NCBI GenBank assembly: GCA_049724395.1
Contig: JAUGWO010000070.1
Coordinates: 62,001-126,000, forward strand
Length of the DNA stretch: 64,000 nucleotides
Reading direction: 5' to 3'
Source: Spongospora subterranea f. sp. subterranea
Taxonomy: Eukaryota
Positions 37,320 to 51,606 of this stretch are shown in pieces. Every line of letters starts with the position of its first letter. Within the stretch, counting starts at the first letter, position 1. Below the pieces are notes generated by a model. It was not told the DNA's origin and did not search any database. It worked only from the letters and a program-made list of their open reading frames with translations. Both the position numbers and the translations under genes were made by a program.

Positions 37320-39672
37320 TTAAGAGGTTCTGTTCTTCTTGGGATCTGCCATAGTTGGGGGTAAATCCGCTTGTTTCCGCTTTGGACCAGTCTTCGTGCC
37401 GTCGTCGAGACTGCTCAGATAAGCCGCCGCAGCTGCGTCTAGATTGGACTTGGGTGATTGCTTGGCGGTGTCTTGCGGTTTACATGCCTGATTCCAGTTA
37501 GGTGGTGGCTGATTCCAGAATGGCGGAGGAACGGGCGGGTACGCCATGAAGCCTCCTGGAGGTGGGTAGAAACCCTGAGGAGGAGCAGGATGTGAAAACT
37601 GTGGCCCATGACTTTGGAACGACCCTTGAGGAGGCACCTGGTACTGAGGCATTCCTGCAAATTCTGTTGGCGGTGGTGGTGGTGGCCTCTCCCATAGGTT
37701 TGGTTGTTTACTAATTTCAGGAGATGCCATATGTGATTCAATGTTGGGTCGAGACTGTCTACCCACAGTACCGCTATTAGCTTCAGGATTCGGAACACGA
37801 GGTTCTGTAGCATCCCATTTGCTTGTTCTCTGCGTTGGCGGGTTTCGATTGCTGGGCAGCGATCCGAAGTCATTTTGGGAACGAGCATCGGGACGGTTCC
37901 AAGGTGTCGAATAAGAATTTTGGATATGTTCATTAGGCACTGGTTGGAAACGACTCAAATTGTTGTCTGAACGATAATCGTCGGTCATTGGTCTATTGCC
38001 GTGTAGATCAACGTTGATGTCCGCTTGGGGATAACTGCTTCTATTGACCCATGGCGGAATCTCCCTGTTGGGCGGCATCTGGTGTGCAGGCGCTCCAGAA
38101 GTATTAACACGAGAATTGTTGCCCATTGCATGAACCGAGGCAGTTATGCGGAGCTCATTGGGCTTTTCAAGCACCGATTCCGCGACCATACCAACGCCTG
38201 GCCGTGACGAATGAGATGACCGCCATAATACAGGAAACACTTTTCATACCTGTTCGGTTATCAAACCCCTCCTTATTGACGCCAATCCCTGTTTCGTATC
38301 ATGAATATTTGCATTCTGGCACATTGTGAAACTCTTACCTTTTCCCCAGCCGATTTTGAGATCAGGGCGATAGCTGCGGACAAGGTTGCGAGCGCTTTCC
38401 GCTTCTTCTCGATCGAAATAGCGAACAAATGCAGAATCAACAACTGGACCATTAACAATGCGTATCTGATGCCGCTATTAGTTAAAAAATGCTGGAGAAC
38501 AATACAGCCTAGCCTACTTCATCAATTTTCCCAAAAGACGCAATTTGCGAACGAAGTTCCTCGATTGAAGTTCCCGAAGGAACACCACCAATATATAAGA
38601 CGCAAGATAGGACTCGGACCAGACCTAAACTATTAGCGATCCGTTATCACGAGAAACATGATGTCAGACCTGCGGGAACATTCTCCTGGTCGGGATGGCG
38701 AACAAACCCTGTGCGCTGAAGATTATTTGCAGTTGAGTCTGGCGATTGTCCCAAATCATTCTGTAGTGTTTGCTGCGAACCCTGACTACTTATGGCAACT
38801 GACGCAGCACTCTTTGTAGCAGCAACCTTTTCGGATTCAGCGATTCTACAGCAGTATTCAATGAACAGCTGAAAACAATGACTTACATGTTTACCTTTCA
38901 GCCTCCAATCGCCTAGCCTGATCTTCAAGTCTTTTCGCCTGCGCAGCAAGCCTTCTGTCATCGTCTTCCTCTGAATCATCGCCGTAGTCAAATGTGTCAA
39001 TTTCCTCTTCCTGCACAAACGTAGCTTCTTCATGTTTGTCATGGGTAACAGTAAATTCCCCCCCTTGCAGCTGCTCGATGCTATCCAGCAAACGCGAGGT
39101 TGTACCTGCGACAGGAACAACAGTGGGGATAGACGAGCATGTGCCATCTAAATCAATATTATAAAACGAAGGTTAAACGTCAGCACAAGAGGTACCTGCT
39201 CGGTTTAATTTATCACGAAGAATTTCTAATCCATCAGCAGGTAAGAGACGGCTGACTTCCCAGATACGAACAATCCGATAAATCTTAGTTTTATCGGACT
39301 CATCACAGTCAAGTATAGCATCCAGGGTAGTCCCTAAGTTCTTTGTGAACCTTTCTGGGAACGGATTTTTATCGCCAAATTGTTCTTTTGATTTTCTCAG
39401 AATTGCGTCGATGATACAGCATCCTTGAAGGCGCGAGCGGCGATCTCCATGACGAATGTGCCTTTCAATAGCGTGGACAATAAACTTATAAAACTGAATA
39501 TAGAAAGTCAGAAAAAAAAAACAAAGTTCACAACTTAATCACCGTAAAACAATCCTACCTTCGCTGATCGAACAGCAACTTTTGCGATGGAAGCAATTTT
39601 CGAGGAGGATATCCCAGAAAGCTTCTTGAGCCTAGAGTGCAATTCGGCCTGGCCGGGCCATTCTTCCGGCAT
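37320..39672 (-). CDS. CTD-interacting domain (CID) + RRM + Pro-rich protein (SCAF4/SCAF8/Seb1/Nrd1-like)
   Basis: CID: ISSSKIASIAKVAV...YKFIVHAIERHI...IIDAILRKS...RIVRIW. DTFDYGDD. RRM: LYIGGVP...AFVRYFDREEAESA...LKIGWGK. The last exon (37320-38240) is Pro-rich. Confidence 0.82.
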
Positions 39673-40074
39673 CGCTAACCAAGCGGCACCGCGACTCCCT
39701 CGGTTGTCGATTCTGTATGATCGGACCAAATGAGATGGGTAACTGCGCAGCAGCCAGCGAGTCTCAGGCTGGTTGCCTCAACCTGACTCAAACGCTGTTC
39801 AGGATCAACGTGCGCCATCTTGCGTTTTCAGTTTTGATCATACAAACGACGTGAAAAGGGATTATGATTTCAACAACCTGCATAGTGTTACCCCGATACA
39901 TTCCCATATACGTTGTGCTGCTCTTCGGCTGCGATGTATGACATTGTTAACTCATGCTGTTACCACATGAGCTATAGTGTTCTCGTGTGTGGAGACGTAT
40001 AACGTGTGTACGTGTATCGTATAGCATGACCGAATCCTCCCCCCCCCCCACCTTTTACCGTTTAACGTCATTCG

Positions 40075-41900
40075 TTGATTCACAATGCAATCCGTCTTGG
40101 TATGAATTCAACAAAAGTATCGCCTGGAAGCGTGATCATCATCGACCTTCATCAGAGCCTTGAGAAGCAACCGCCAGCAGAGTTCACCAAGTCCTTCATC
40201 TCCTCCATCCAGACATGTCTACGGAGCCAGGTCAAATCTATTAACGTACCCTGGCGGAATCAACGATTCACCGAGTTTAGTAGTTCGTTTTCGAATGTCA
40301 AGAGCAACATTGGCATACCGCACACAACAAGGATTACTGTGAGGCAACAACCTTTTTAGGTCCAAGCCTCAGTTTAATGGTTTGCCTCAACGGCGAAACT
40401 GATAATCATGTAATTTTATCACCGCCATATGCAATCCATCAAGCTTATCAAGCAGTGGAATGGATCGCGAGAGCAACGAAACAACCCACTTCAAGAACAC
40501 ATGCCGCGCTGTCCTGTAGGCAATGAGAACCGCTCGATAACTGGGTTAAAATACGCACATTCATGTTTATAGATACTTCTGCTTTACGAAATGTAAGCAA
40601 AATTCGACAAAATCTGAAGCGCTTATTGGGAAACGATGTAAATACTGTTTTGTTTATTTCCCCATTTATCGCACATAGTGGGTTTTTATCGAACTCCTTG
40701 CGGGAAGTACTCGCAGAGCTGCGAGAACAAGCTGTGAACGTTCGGCTGGCTGCTTGTGTGTCTAATGCGGCATTCAGCCAAACTGTTGGCAAAATTCTCG
40801 CGCTGCGCAATGAAATGTGGCATTTAGAAAATGTTGATATAGTTTGTATGAAAAATAGTAAGTGTGAAACCTTGACCCGTATAAATCGGGTGATTTAAAT
40901 GGTGATTAGACCTCAAGAGCATCAGAGACTTGTTCGCCGAATTAAATGCAATGAATCTGTTTCGAAGAAGTACGCAGTTTGAGGTATCGCTAACAGAAGA
41001 TCTTAAATGCTCATTGCAAGGGCGTCCGATTTCTCGCAATGTAAACTGCTCCAACCTTGCATTTGTGTGTAAATGCCATCAAAAACCATTGGCGGGTTGC
41101 TTTTCGCTGAAGTCTAACGATTGCATTCGGTCTATCGACAAATACGTCCTTATCAGCGGTCGTCCCTGCTCTCTACTAGAATCGTCGTTGATGTCTACAA
41201 ATCAGATCGGCTCGATCACATCAGCTGCTGCCGTTGCCGTCATCAGTAAGAGCTTGGTCAATCCTGCTTTTATTAACGGAGAAGTAATCCTGGATGAGCC
41301 GAGATGGTCTCTGATCACAAACTCACAGCAATGACAGGGGATTATCTTGACGCCGAAACCTGGAACGTCACAACTAGAAGACGGCGAAGTCGAGCCGAAC
41401 GAAGCGCTTTGGAGAAAATTGCTTATGAGACTACAAGAAGCTAATCAAATGCTAATCATCCGCTTTCAGCGACCATTGTTCGAAAATGATCTTCCGCCTT
41501 CGTTAATGCAAGACTTATTTACCGATCTAAATGTTCCCCAAATATTTGCCGTCATGCCCATTTGTCCAATTGATGCGAAAGTCAACCCTAGGTCCAGGGG
41601 ACCAAAGGCAACGCCCTACTTCGCGATTATGAAAGTGAGCCCACACCTCTCAAATATATTCATTTACATTTGTTTTGTCAGAAGGTGGCTTGCTTTGAAG
41701 AAATCAAATGTTTACCTCTCAATCTGCAAGCGATTTGTCCCGAAGACTTGGGTGAAGATGCGCCAGAATTCGAAATGTTCAACAACGTAATCAGTCCATT
41801 GAATCAATGAATGTTTTGTTAATTAATGCATAGATCTCAGTTATGCAGTGGAAGGACTGTACAATGTTAGCAAGCAGTGCCCATGGTAATCCAGATCGCA
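40075..41900 (+). CDS. Hypothetical multi-exon protein
   Basis: A series of co-oriented ORFs (40075-40359, 40563-40898, 40930-41334, 41347-41790) separated by intron-sized gaps. No family was recognised. Confidence 0.45.
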
Positions 41901-42084
41901 AATATTTTGATTATAGGATGACCAACTGTATACACAGAGTCTGTTGTGTCAATGGTTCAGAAAGATTTTCAGCGCCCCGCGAGAGCGGGTATAACAACTT
42001 CATCGCAGAGAAAGAAAAGGTTCCGTCTGCTAACCGAAAAACAGTTTTCTCGCCAATAAACACATCGATCGAGCTTCTTGACTT

Positions 42085-43342
42085 CGCGTTATATGAGAAA
42101 ATAATCTATATGCCGAGACTCTGCTACATTGCTTGCTAACGTCAACCTGAATACATATCTCCGGTGACCAAGAATCTCGTTGCCGCTGTGTATGTCGGTA
42201 AAATTTATTCCTAGAAAGGAATGTTTTTTCTCTGCATCGCATCGTGAATCAAGCACTTACCCTGGACGTGTTGCTCCAAAGCGCCGATCCCTGCAATTAT
42301 CAAGTACCCATAATCGGCCGGCACTGCGCGAGATCGGTTGAGTTGCATCTGTTTGAACAATGTTGCCATCAGTAACCAAGCGGTTTGAGATTATACTGTT
42401 TTGCGATAATAGTCAGTGGTAAAGCAACCTTTGACGGCGCTCGCAAAAGAAGTTTAGCGATCATGCTGCCCGAACTGTCTCTTCAAAGGGAACAGACTCA
42501 GCGGTATAGTGCCACCTCTTTTTGCAAACATGAACTGAGGATTCATGGCAGATCGGCACCCAACAGACATTGTCCTTGAAGCACTTCAGTCTTAGAAAAC
42601 ACCACTGGTTTACCCATGTGTCCCGGTCGAGAACACGTTCAAACGCACACCGCGGAAAATACAGAAGATAATCCTTCTATACTAAAGCAAATAATTCAGA
42701 ATCAAGTTGCTCATTCCCCATTTCCAGCTTTCGTGTCGTTTCCAGTTATGGTCTTATATGTTCTGCAACACCTGTCTCGGTTTCTGCATATCTGCAGTGA
42801 AGTTTCGCCACCGACGCCTTGGCTAATAATGAAATCCAAAATACATTGGGGATTCAGACATTTGATGGGGCACGGGCGGCAGTCTTTGCCAACAGGCATG
42901 TAATCGCCAATAATCACGAAAGTCCAGGGCTCAGTGCGAATATGATAGAATCGAACTGAATATACCTCCAGGAGGATACTACACGTTGGTTAAAATAGGG
43001 GTCGAATATATGGCGAAGCGTTCAAGGATAAGAGCGATGCTGCTTTAATAACATTGAGAAATCCTGTACTGTCGATTTCCAGATCTGCCATGGATCATGC
43101 AACCTGGTCAATCTCACATGGATTAGCCTGCCGTATCGGAATACCCAAAACTGATCGAGGTTGATTGCCCAATGGGATGATTTTGATGGGGAAACTACCG
43201 GATCAATGAACAGAATTTCATTCTTTTCACATTGCCTGACTGTGTCCTCATATTCATCTGAGAATTTTTGCCCTAAGGCCAAGGGTGCAGTTTTCCAATC
43301 TGTTCTCTGGGTGGTTGACCCGATCAAGGTCTGTTTAGGCAT
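42085..43342 (-). CDS. Hypothetical multi-exon protein
   Basis: ORFs 43022-43342 and 42711-42917, plus a splice-joined terminal segment (…GIGALEQHVQ|GINFTDIHSGNEILGHRRYVFRL…). No family was recognised. Confidence 0.35.
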
Positions 43343-44308
43343 TCGGGGGTGGTTTTGAGAAATGAGAACAGATACCGATTACACGACCTCTCAGGCTAGG
43401 TCGATCTGACGAGGATGATCATGAACACAGGGAACAAGAAATTTGTGTCAAACAATACTTCGCGCTACGCTAACCCCATTTCATTGAACGCTACTTTTGA
43501 TGGCAATCTGTCAAATTTACGAGAATTGCACGATGAATATGGCCTGAATCAAGAGACATTTTATGTAATCAAAAGAGTGCTGTAGCTACCTAACGGGGGT
43601 ATTGTAAATATATAGAATCATATCAAATACCACAGAACGGTAGCAGAAACTTTAATGTAGCGACTTTTTCCTCCTAATAGTGTAAAATCCACATATTAAT
43701 GAGATTCTGCATCGCGAGAAAACACACTATGCAAAAAGCTATCATAAGGAATTATATCGGTTCTGTATGATAGCAGATTCTCATGGCATATTCTTCATGT
43801 AAATTATCGTAATGTCTGCAGATTGCGACGGCCATACAATCACTAATCAATCCAATCTTTGATTCATTGATATAAACTGATTGATAGTACGGCGCCATAT
43901 AACTACATGTCCTTGTTTGCACTAATCTGGATGCCCGTAATGATCATCAAAAGACCAATCAGGATGTATGATGTGCGATAACGATTTCAAATAGAGGAGT
44001 GATTGTTGTCGATCGAGCGCCGAGATGACACTGTTGCCGGTCTTGAGGCTACGGTCACCGTCACGGTCTTTGACGTTCCGCAGCATTCTCCGTTAGGGGG
44101 CGCATCATATATTTTTGAGAGCACTTGTAATACTTACGAGGTGACAGGAAATTTTCGTGTTTCCGAGTGGATCGAGTAATTGCACTGGCAAGCTTGAAGT
44201 TGGATCATATCGAGAGCAACGTGTCCGTTAATGATGATGGACATTGGTATTGCTGTTGATGGTCAGATTTGATTGCGTGTAGAATAAGTAGGAATATTAA
44301 ACTATATA

Positions 44309-47300
44309 TTATGATGGTGATTTCGGGATTATATTGTGCGGCGAAATATTATCGTTTGATTCAAATCCCGACAATGGACTGTGCGTTCCGCCAGCCCTTC
44401 CAACGATTGATTTCAGAATATTTGATCGGCGAAGTGTGGGCTCAGTTTCTGTTGAATCATTATCTTTATCACGTTCTGAGCTGTTCCGTCCGGATGTTGA
44501 CTCCCTCCCTATGCTGCCTGTCGCCTTGGCCGTTGATGAAATCGTTGGCGGTGGTACTTGATCTGTCGGTCCTGGGCTGCCTGCAGGTTGAAGCCGTCTC
44601 AAGAACACCTTGGCCAGATTGGGAAGTTGCGGCAGGATATCAGTATCGGGAGCTGGTTGTGGAACATCTGTTCCTAGGTTGTTGTCGTTCTTGCTAGCTG
44701 TTTTGATCGCCATGAATGTCCTGGCGATATTGTTGGCCCTCTTCGATCTGCTGTTCACCGGGAGCGGAATAGCGGGTTGTTTCTCATTATTGTCTGCACT
44801 TAGTGACCTGTTCATCTTCGCCTGACCTGTTGTCGAGAAAGTAGTCTCCAGTACGAATGGATTGAATACAGAGAGTGATGGAGGTTTCTTTGACGAGGTG
44901 ATGGCGGCAGTCGCCAGAGCCTTTAGCTTAGATATTGGGGACGATGGTGATGCCAGGGAAGAAGCTGCACTATTTCCTGCATCCTCGCTGATGACTGGGG
45001 ATCTGGTGGACATTATTGAGTCGGGGGAATTATTGATGTCATGTGCAGATGAGGGAGTGGTATCTTCATCACCGTAAGCCCCGATAGCAGATGTTTTCTC
45101 CCTCTTGGACGTTTCCCATCGTTGTCGCCACCAGACCAACATCTTCTCCAGTTTACTAATGTCAATGTAATCAATCAGACGGTGCCCTGATACAAGTTAA
45201 TGTCCATAGTAGGATTGCCAACCTGATCCGTTTCCTTAGTTCAGCGTCGGCTATTGACGGAGTCCTGAGTCCATCGCTGATCAGATTGGCGACCTTCTCG
45301 CCCTCGTTCTCCATTGAGTTGGCGATCTGATCGCTTAACTCCTGATTTTCGGACAATAACCGGGTCCTCTCTTTCCTCAACTTGATATTATCAGCTCGCA
45401 GGTCTAATATGACCGTTGGGCTCCGCTCAGATTTGATTTGATGTTGTAGATCAATGATCGACTCTTCAAGTGTCTTTCTAACCGTCTCCAGTTCCCCAAC
45501 CTGTTTCCATGCCTTTTCAAGGTCTTTGTCCTTCTCCAGAAGACACTTGGTTAACTGTTTAGCGTCATTAGCAGCCGTCATTAATGGTATTGGTCCTGGT
45601 GATGATTGCCTTGACCGATGCATTTTGCCTGTTGTCGACTTGATCAGGGGTTTTCCGCTCGATAGCGATGCCGGCTTGCGCCGTCCAATTGTGTCATGAT
45701 TCTGCCCTTGACCTTGCTCTCCCGTCTCCACATTCTCGTCGTCCTCAGCTCCTCCCCCTATATCCATACTGCTGTCGCTGCCGCTATCTTCATTACTGGG
45801 GTTCGTCAACTCGAACTCTGCATTACTATCCTCCAATTCGCCATCAACGTTTCCGTGTGCCTCAACGCTTGCGATTGTCGAACATCTTATCAACAGAGGT
45901 TCCGTAATCAAACTATTTTCTGCTAAGAGTTGTGCTGCATTGATTGGCTCATCAAAAATATGGTTGGCTTTTGATGTTTCTACAGCGACGATGTTTGGTT
46001 GTGGGGGCATTTCTTGGGGTGTCGTCTTTTGAGGTAACGCCTCTTGAGGTGTCGTCTTTTGTAAAATCGTCCCTTGGGGTGTCATCTTTTGCAATATTGT
46101 TTTTTGGGGTGTCGTCTTTTGTGAATTTCGGGACGTCCTTGGGGGTACAGTCTCGTTTACTTTTGTCTCTCTGGACGTCTTTCTTTGAACTGGCACCTGT
46201 TCAATGCTTGATGTTGTTGATGAGGAATTCATGTCTGTGTGCAGCTGCTCGCGGCCTGTTATCGCCGTATCGTTTCTATCGTTATGAACAACGACCGCCT
46301 CAGTGTTGTGTTTCAGTTCATGATCATCATCAACCGTATCGCGTTTTCCAGTTAAGTCGTCAATATTTGGGATTGCCTGCGCCTTAGTCAAGGATGGATC
46401 GACTTTACTCGTGTCGTCGGTCCCAAAAGATGATGCAGTATTGATTCTAACAGGATTACTGGATTGCTGTTTAGGCTGGCCATAAACCTGCCGATTCAAT
46501 CGATCTTGACCCGCCTTCGGATGTGTCATGGTCCCGGCGATGACCCTTTTGTGATCTTGCCCCTCTTTCAGTTTCCTTGACGCCCTCAATCTAGACTCCA
46601 TCAATATGTACCTGGCTACCAATTGCATGTGTCGCCCTAACAGCACACCGTATTTCCTTTCCACTTCCTTCAATCGAGTATTGCTCGCCTTGTCCGGATG
46701 GGGTTTAAGCGTCTCTACCGCCTCGTGTTTATGGATAACGACAATCTCCTTTGGAGCAAACGGTTCTGTCTGTATCCCTTTCTCATCTGTGTTGATCGCC
46801 CATTTTGACGTTTTCCCGTTCTTTTTCCGCGAGGACCTCCTTCTATCAGAGCCGACAACTTTGCGACCTAGACTCTCGTTTGTCGCCACAGCTGACTTTG
46901 CCAACTTGTTTTCGACAATTGTGATATCGGTGGGTTGAGCGGGTCCGCCACGATCGCTTTCAGAGTTCATATCCTTCCTCACAGTATCCATATCATCGGT
47001 GACTTCATCCGCTTTCGCTTCCTGAACATTGCCTTGTTCGGCAATATCCACATCGAGATCGTCGCGGTTTTCGTTGTCAGACGAGGGATCATATCGATCC
47101 GGTTCAGCGCTTTCCCTACCATTGCTAGACCAGTCCATTTCTCCGGCGCCATTATCGTCATCGCCGGGATCATCCACTAACGGCGGCCGATTGTCAATAA
47201 TGACGACCATCGCATTTTGTCCAGGATGAGGGACCGACTCCTTAAACACGATTAAACGACATCAACTTATACTAATGCAGTCAAGGAATACCTCTCGCGA

Positions 47301-49373
47301 CGACCGCCTCGTCGAGCTCGATATCACAGGGAGCATTGTGGATATAGGTAATTGCCCGCCGTGCCTTGGAGCCCGTTCATGATCGATACGATGATCAATA
47401 CCTCCTGGTTTCGTTGCCAATGACCGGAGTTGCTCCAGATTGGCCCGAACCTCAGCGATGTTCTCCTCGAGACTCATGCGGATCCGCTGTTCAGAGTTGA
47501 GATGATCTCTAGTCTTTGACAGTTCTGCTTGAGCCTCGCTGAGATGCATCTGAAGAATCACGGGGTCACATTCATCATTGTCCTGACTATTCAACAAATT
47601 GTTTATGATGATATCTGTGGCCGCAACCTCCCCTCGCTGATGTTGTCGTATTGCAACTTTCAAGCTTCGTACTGTTTCATCCAACGCCTCAACTTCATCG
47701 TGCAACCTCTCAATCTCAGCCTAACCAATATTCTCAACCCCATTTCTCAGGGCGAAATATAATTCGATTGACCATACCTCAGAATGTGCTTTAGCCTCCT
47801 CCAATGAATGAACGTAGCTCATGATCTGCTTACCCTTATCGGTGGGTTTCTTGACATCAGCTCCATTACCTTTTGGGGACATCCATTCTAAAGCTGCTGT
47901 TCCTCCTGTGAACGATGGATCAACTTGAAGCAATCGCGACTCCAGCTCGGCTATCCGTTTTTCATATACTGCATTGACCACCTCGTTATTGATGATAGAG
48001 TTATCGGTGATCGGTGAGTTATTATCGTCGAGCGGGCGACCTGATGTGATGAAAACCGAATTTCGGAAATGGTTTAACCGAGCTGACCGCAACGATTTCA
48101 TATGGCGTGTTAAAATTTTCTTCTTTGATAAACTGTTGATGACTCATGTATTCAAGCAGGTCTTGGCGCGATATTGAGACCTTATTCTCTTCATCGGCTG
48201 CCGATAATTCCCTAAAACCGTCACCACATTATTAATTTTCTGTCAAACGCCATTAAAATTCGATTTTACATCATAGAAAGGCGTCGCTCCTCGGCTTTCT
48301 CATTGTCCCTCGAACGCTCTAGGATTCCCAGCATATCTGCTCGCAGATCGTCGCCGTTCGACGCCGAATGTTGCAACGACTGCAGCATATCGAATATGTT
48401 GGCGCGAAGCATTAGAAAATCATATTCGGTGATCGATGATGATGAGGCTTGGTCGTCAAATTCATCCTGGAGAAATGCTATGGTTGCCGTCAGACGAGTG
48501 ATCAACGCTCGAATCACTGTAAAAAAGTGGTGTCGCTTTGTTGTCAGCGCCTCCCACGTTTGTTTTTTGGTTAATGCAGAGGCAAAGAGCATGACATTAG
48601 CATCATCCCCAAATTCACTGTGAAAGTAGGTCGCCAAGAAGTCGTTCAGACGCGCTGAGAACGCAGATGCCTCCCAGCTTAGGAGGGGATTTGGTTGTGC
48701 TAGAAATTGGTTCCAGGTCAGGTTTTGTAGATGTTTCTTGTAGAGGTGTCACCTCAGTTGAAGGATCTGGCTCACATTCCATGACGGGCTCAATACGTAT
48801 TGTTATTGAGTCCAACTGTTTTAATGTCGTCCGCGATAGCGAATCGTCATCATCATTAGCGACACCTTCAATTACTCTTCTCCTTCCTTGTTTCTTCTTC
48901 CTTTGTTTCCTTTGACTCGTTTTCGCTCTAACCGGTTCCCGCCCCCCATCGCCGCCTGCGATCCCATGGGTGATGGGATCCCCATTCTTTTCCGTCGCCT
49001 TGCTGTTAATGGCGAACCGTTCTTCCCCTTCACGAGATGCCCTGGTGCGCCTTTCGCGATTTCTACTCTGTAATGGTGACATCCTCCGCCCATCATGATC
49101 CCTTGATTTTGGTCTTGGCTTATCAGATGGTGCAGTCGGCTCCTTCACTGGGGTGTAAATCGGATCGCGAGCTGCCTGGAGAAGTTCATTCATGTTGGAA
49201 TGCGTATTTTCGAGGACCGAGAAGACCGGATGAAGCTTGGAGACGTATTCTTTATCAGCATTGGGTAGAGCCGAGAGGCGTTCCAATCGCCTTAAGGACT
49301 CATTTCCGGGTTGTGCCTCCAAGAAAGTCTGATTCATATAATGGTTGACTTGGATGGGCCAGTTAGATTTCAA
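44309..49373 (-). CDS. Very large low-complexity/coiled-coil protein (multi-exon)
   Basis: Long co-oriented ORFs of 252, 123, 126, 147, 692 and 277 aa separated by short gaps, with coiled-coil and S/T/P/D-rich disordered stretches. Confidence 0.7.
46011..46145. repeat. Coding minisatellite, 30-bp unit x ~4 (10-aa QKTTPQxxLx repeat)
   Basis: Recurring ttggggtgtcgtcttttg at 30-nt spacing; protein SQKTTPQKTILQKMTPQGTILQKTTPQEALPQKTTPQEMPP. Confidence 0.85.
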
Positions 49374-50757
49374 CAGTTTGGGGTTCTATTTGTACTGTCC
49401 CGTTGAAATATCTCCACCAAAATCATGGTACTTTTCCCGAATAGTTTCCAGACCAGATTACACTGTGCTCCACAAAAGCCAAACACATACCGACTCTGAC
49501 AGTGAGCTGGGAGTCATGAGCGAGGAGGAAAATGAATCCGATAACCGAGTTATGTCCATGAATTGTCTAAGCCCAGGGCGTCTGAGGGTCAGGCAGATTT
49601 GGTGATTCTGTATAGTACTGAACGTCAAGAGACTCTACCTAATGATATTCAAAAGAGAGTGACGACGGACGATACGATAACTCCAAATTAGACCAAATCA
49701 GTAACGCATGTTTATGAAACATTAACAATCCGCAGTCGAAATGAAATGGATTCGGAACGGGGTGGCGGTTTCTCTTTCTTTTTTTGTTGAGCTGTGAAAG
49801 TGGGATTTCGTTAGAACATGTCACGGGATGCTGGATGGTATAGTACAGGCTGCATTACATCATAAATGATCGACGATCAGTCACAAGTTCAAGTCCAGCC
49901 CACCGATTTCTCAACGAAGGGGCATGTCAGACTGGGCAGCGTTGTTGATACCAGTGACTGATCGTGGATCATATGATGTGATGCAGCCTGCACTGAATTC
50001 CCATATTTGTCTCAACCTCATAAGCATCTTTCTGGACAGCTGTACAACGGTTTGGGTGATTCCAGCTGGCGGATACAAGAGACAGACATGTCAGCCAACG
50101 CCGCTTCTTGTTTCATACAGCGTCGAATATGGAGAGAGATATTGGGCTTCCTGCCAGCTTTTGATCCAACTGCAAAAACTGCTAGCAGCTGTACCGTTGC
50201 AAATGTTATGACCAGGGAATCGTGGATCCCCCATCACATTTGGCGTCAAAACGGTGTGCTAGGAAACCAAGGCTCGTCCTGGTGCCGCATGAAATTATTA
50301 GTAACTGTTATTCACTTAAATAAACAAAAATTTCTATCAAGCAAAAAATTGAACGGGTATGAAACATTGGAGACGCTGGGATACAGCAGGTTTAACGTCG
50401 GAGATCAATCTCGCCCCCTCATCGATGTCAAAGGATCATCGTGACCTTCTCTAGGACATTCCACAAGAAATCTCAGTTGCCGATCCATCAAGCGATACCC
50501 TTAGTACCAGGAACGAGCGTAGTTGCCCATCCATCAGACAATACCCGCTGTATCAGGCAATAATACCCGATTTATGATTGAGGCCGCTCTGTGAAACTGT
50601 ACTGTACCTCAGTACACTCATATTGCGTCACGGATGGCGCCACCGCACCATGGTGATGGGCTCTCCAATCAACCCCCTGGTATAATCAGTGTCATTGCTT
50701 ACTGCTTTTTCAATTGAAAAAATTCAGTTAAAAACGACGTAGGCATTGGAATTTATC

Positions 50758-51566
50758 ATGGCGCCGCGAATATCTATCATCGACTTAGGCTCGCAATGCA
50801 TATTGCGACAGCTGCGTATCGAGGAAGCTCTTCATAGATACGGAAAGGGAAATTATGTCGTCTTAAACAGGGGTGCCGGCAACCGAAAAGTCTATTGTTC
50901 TCGGCACATCAAGTAAAATATCGGATCATGTTGAAGAAGGTGCGGCCTATCGAGATAACGTTCGACTGATCAGAAGGTTTACTGGCGGCGGCACTGTATT
51001 TGTGGACGCCGATACGATGATGGTTAGCTTCATTATGGGTGGAATAATTCATCCATCCCCCTTCCCCCGTGCTGTTATGGACTGGTCTAGGCTGTTCTAT
51101 GATGACGTTTTTCAGAAATGCTCCACATCAACGTTTTGCCTTGTACGTTTACAATTACTTTTCTGTAATCGTCAAACGTGCTAATATGGTTTAGCGCGAT
51201 AACGATTATTGTTTTGATGATCGCAAATTCGGTGGAAATGCTCAGACTATAAGTGGTGACCGATGGGTTCACCACACATCGTTTCTTTGGGATTTTCATC
51301 GTCCTTCAATGTCCAAATATCTGCACCAGCCGAGGAAGCAGCCACAATACAGAGAAAACCGGGATCACCATAGCTTCTTATGCGGAATGAAGGATCATGT
51401 CCCCGGAGGAATATCGTCATTTGCCAGTGCCCTTCATTCAACGCTTAACAAGTTTTTCGATGTGGAAGAAGACAGCTATGATTATATGCATGCGGTTCTT
51501 TTGCCACATCGAAAATCAACGATTGTTATTGAACGGGATCACACATCGAAAGCTGCGTTAATGTGA
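50758..51566 (+). CDS. Lipoate-protein ligase A-like (BPL/LPL catalytic domain) protein; apparent 1-nt deletion in GGGG 50870-50873
   Basis: ILRQLRIEEALHR...NYVVLNR / SIVLGTSSK...LIRRFTGGGTVFVD...|DYCFDDRKFGGNAQ...RWVHHTSFLWDF...MSKYLHQPRKQPQYRENRDHHSFLC. Confidence 0.88.
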
Positions 51567-51606
51567 GAACCGAAACTATTCCTGCAACTTTGACAATATC
51601 ATACAT

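Noticed and set aside
11810..50880. Programmed ribosomal frameshifting or RNA editing as an explanation for the four frame breaks
   Set aside because: The shifts differ in size and direction (+1, +1, +2, -1), share no slippery motif, and all lie in short homopolymer or dinucleotide runs typical of sequencing error.
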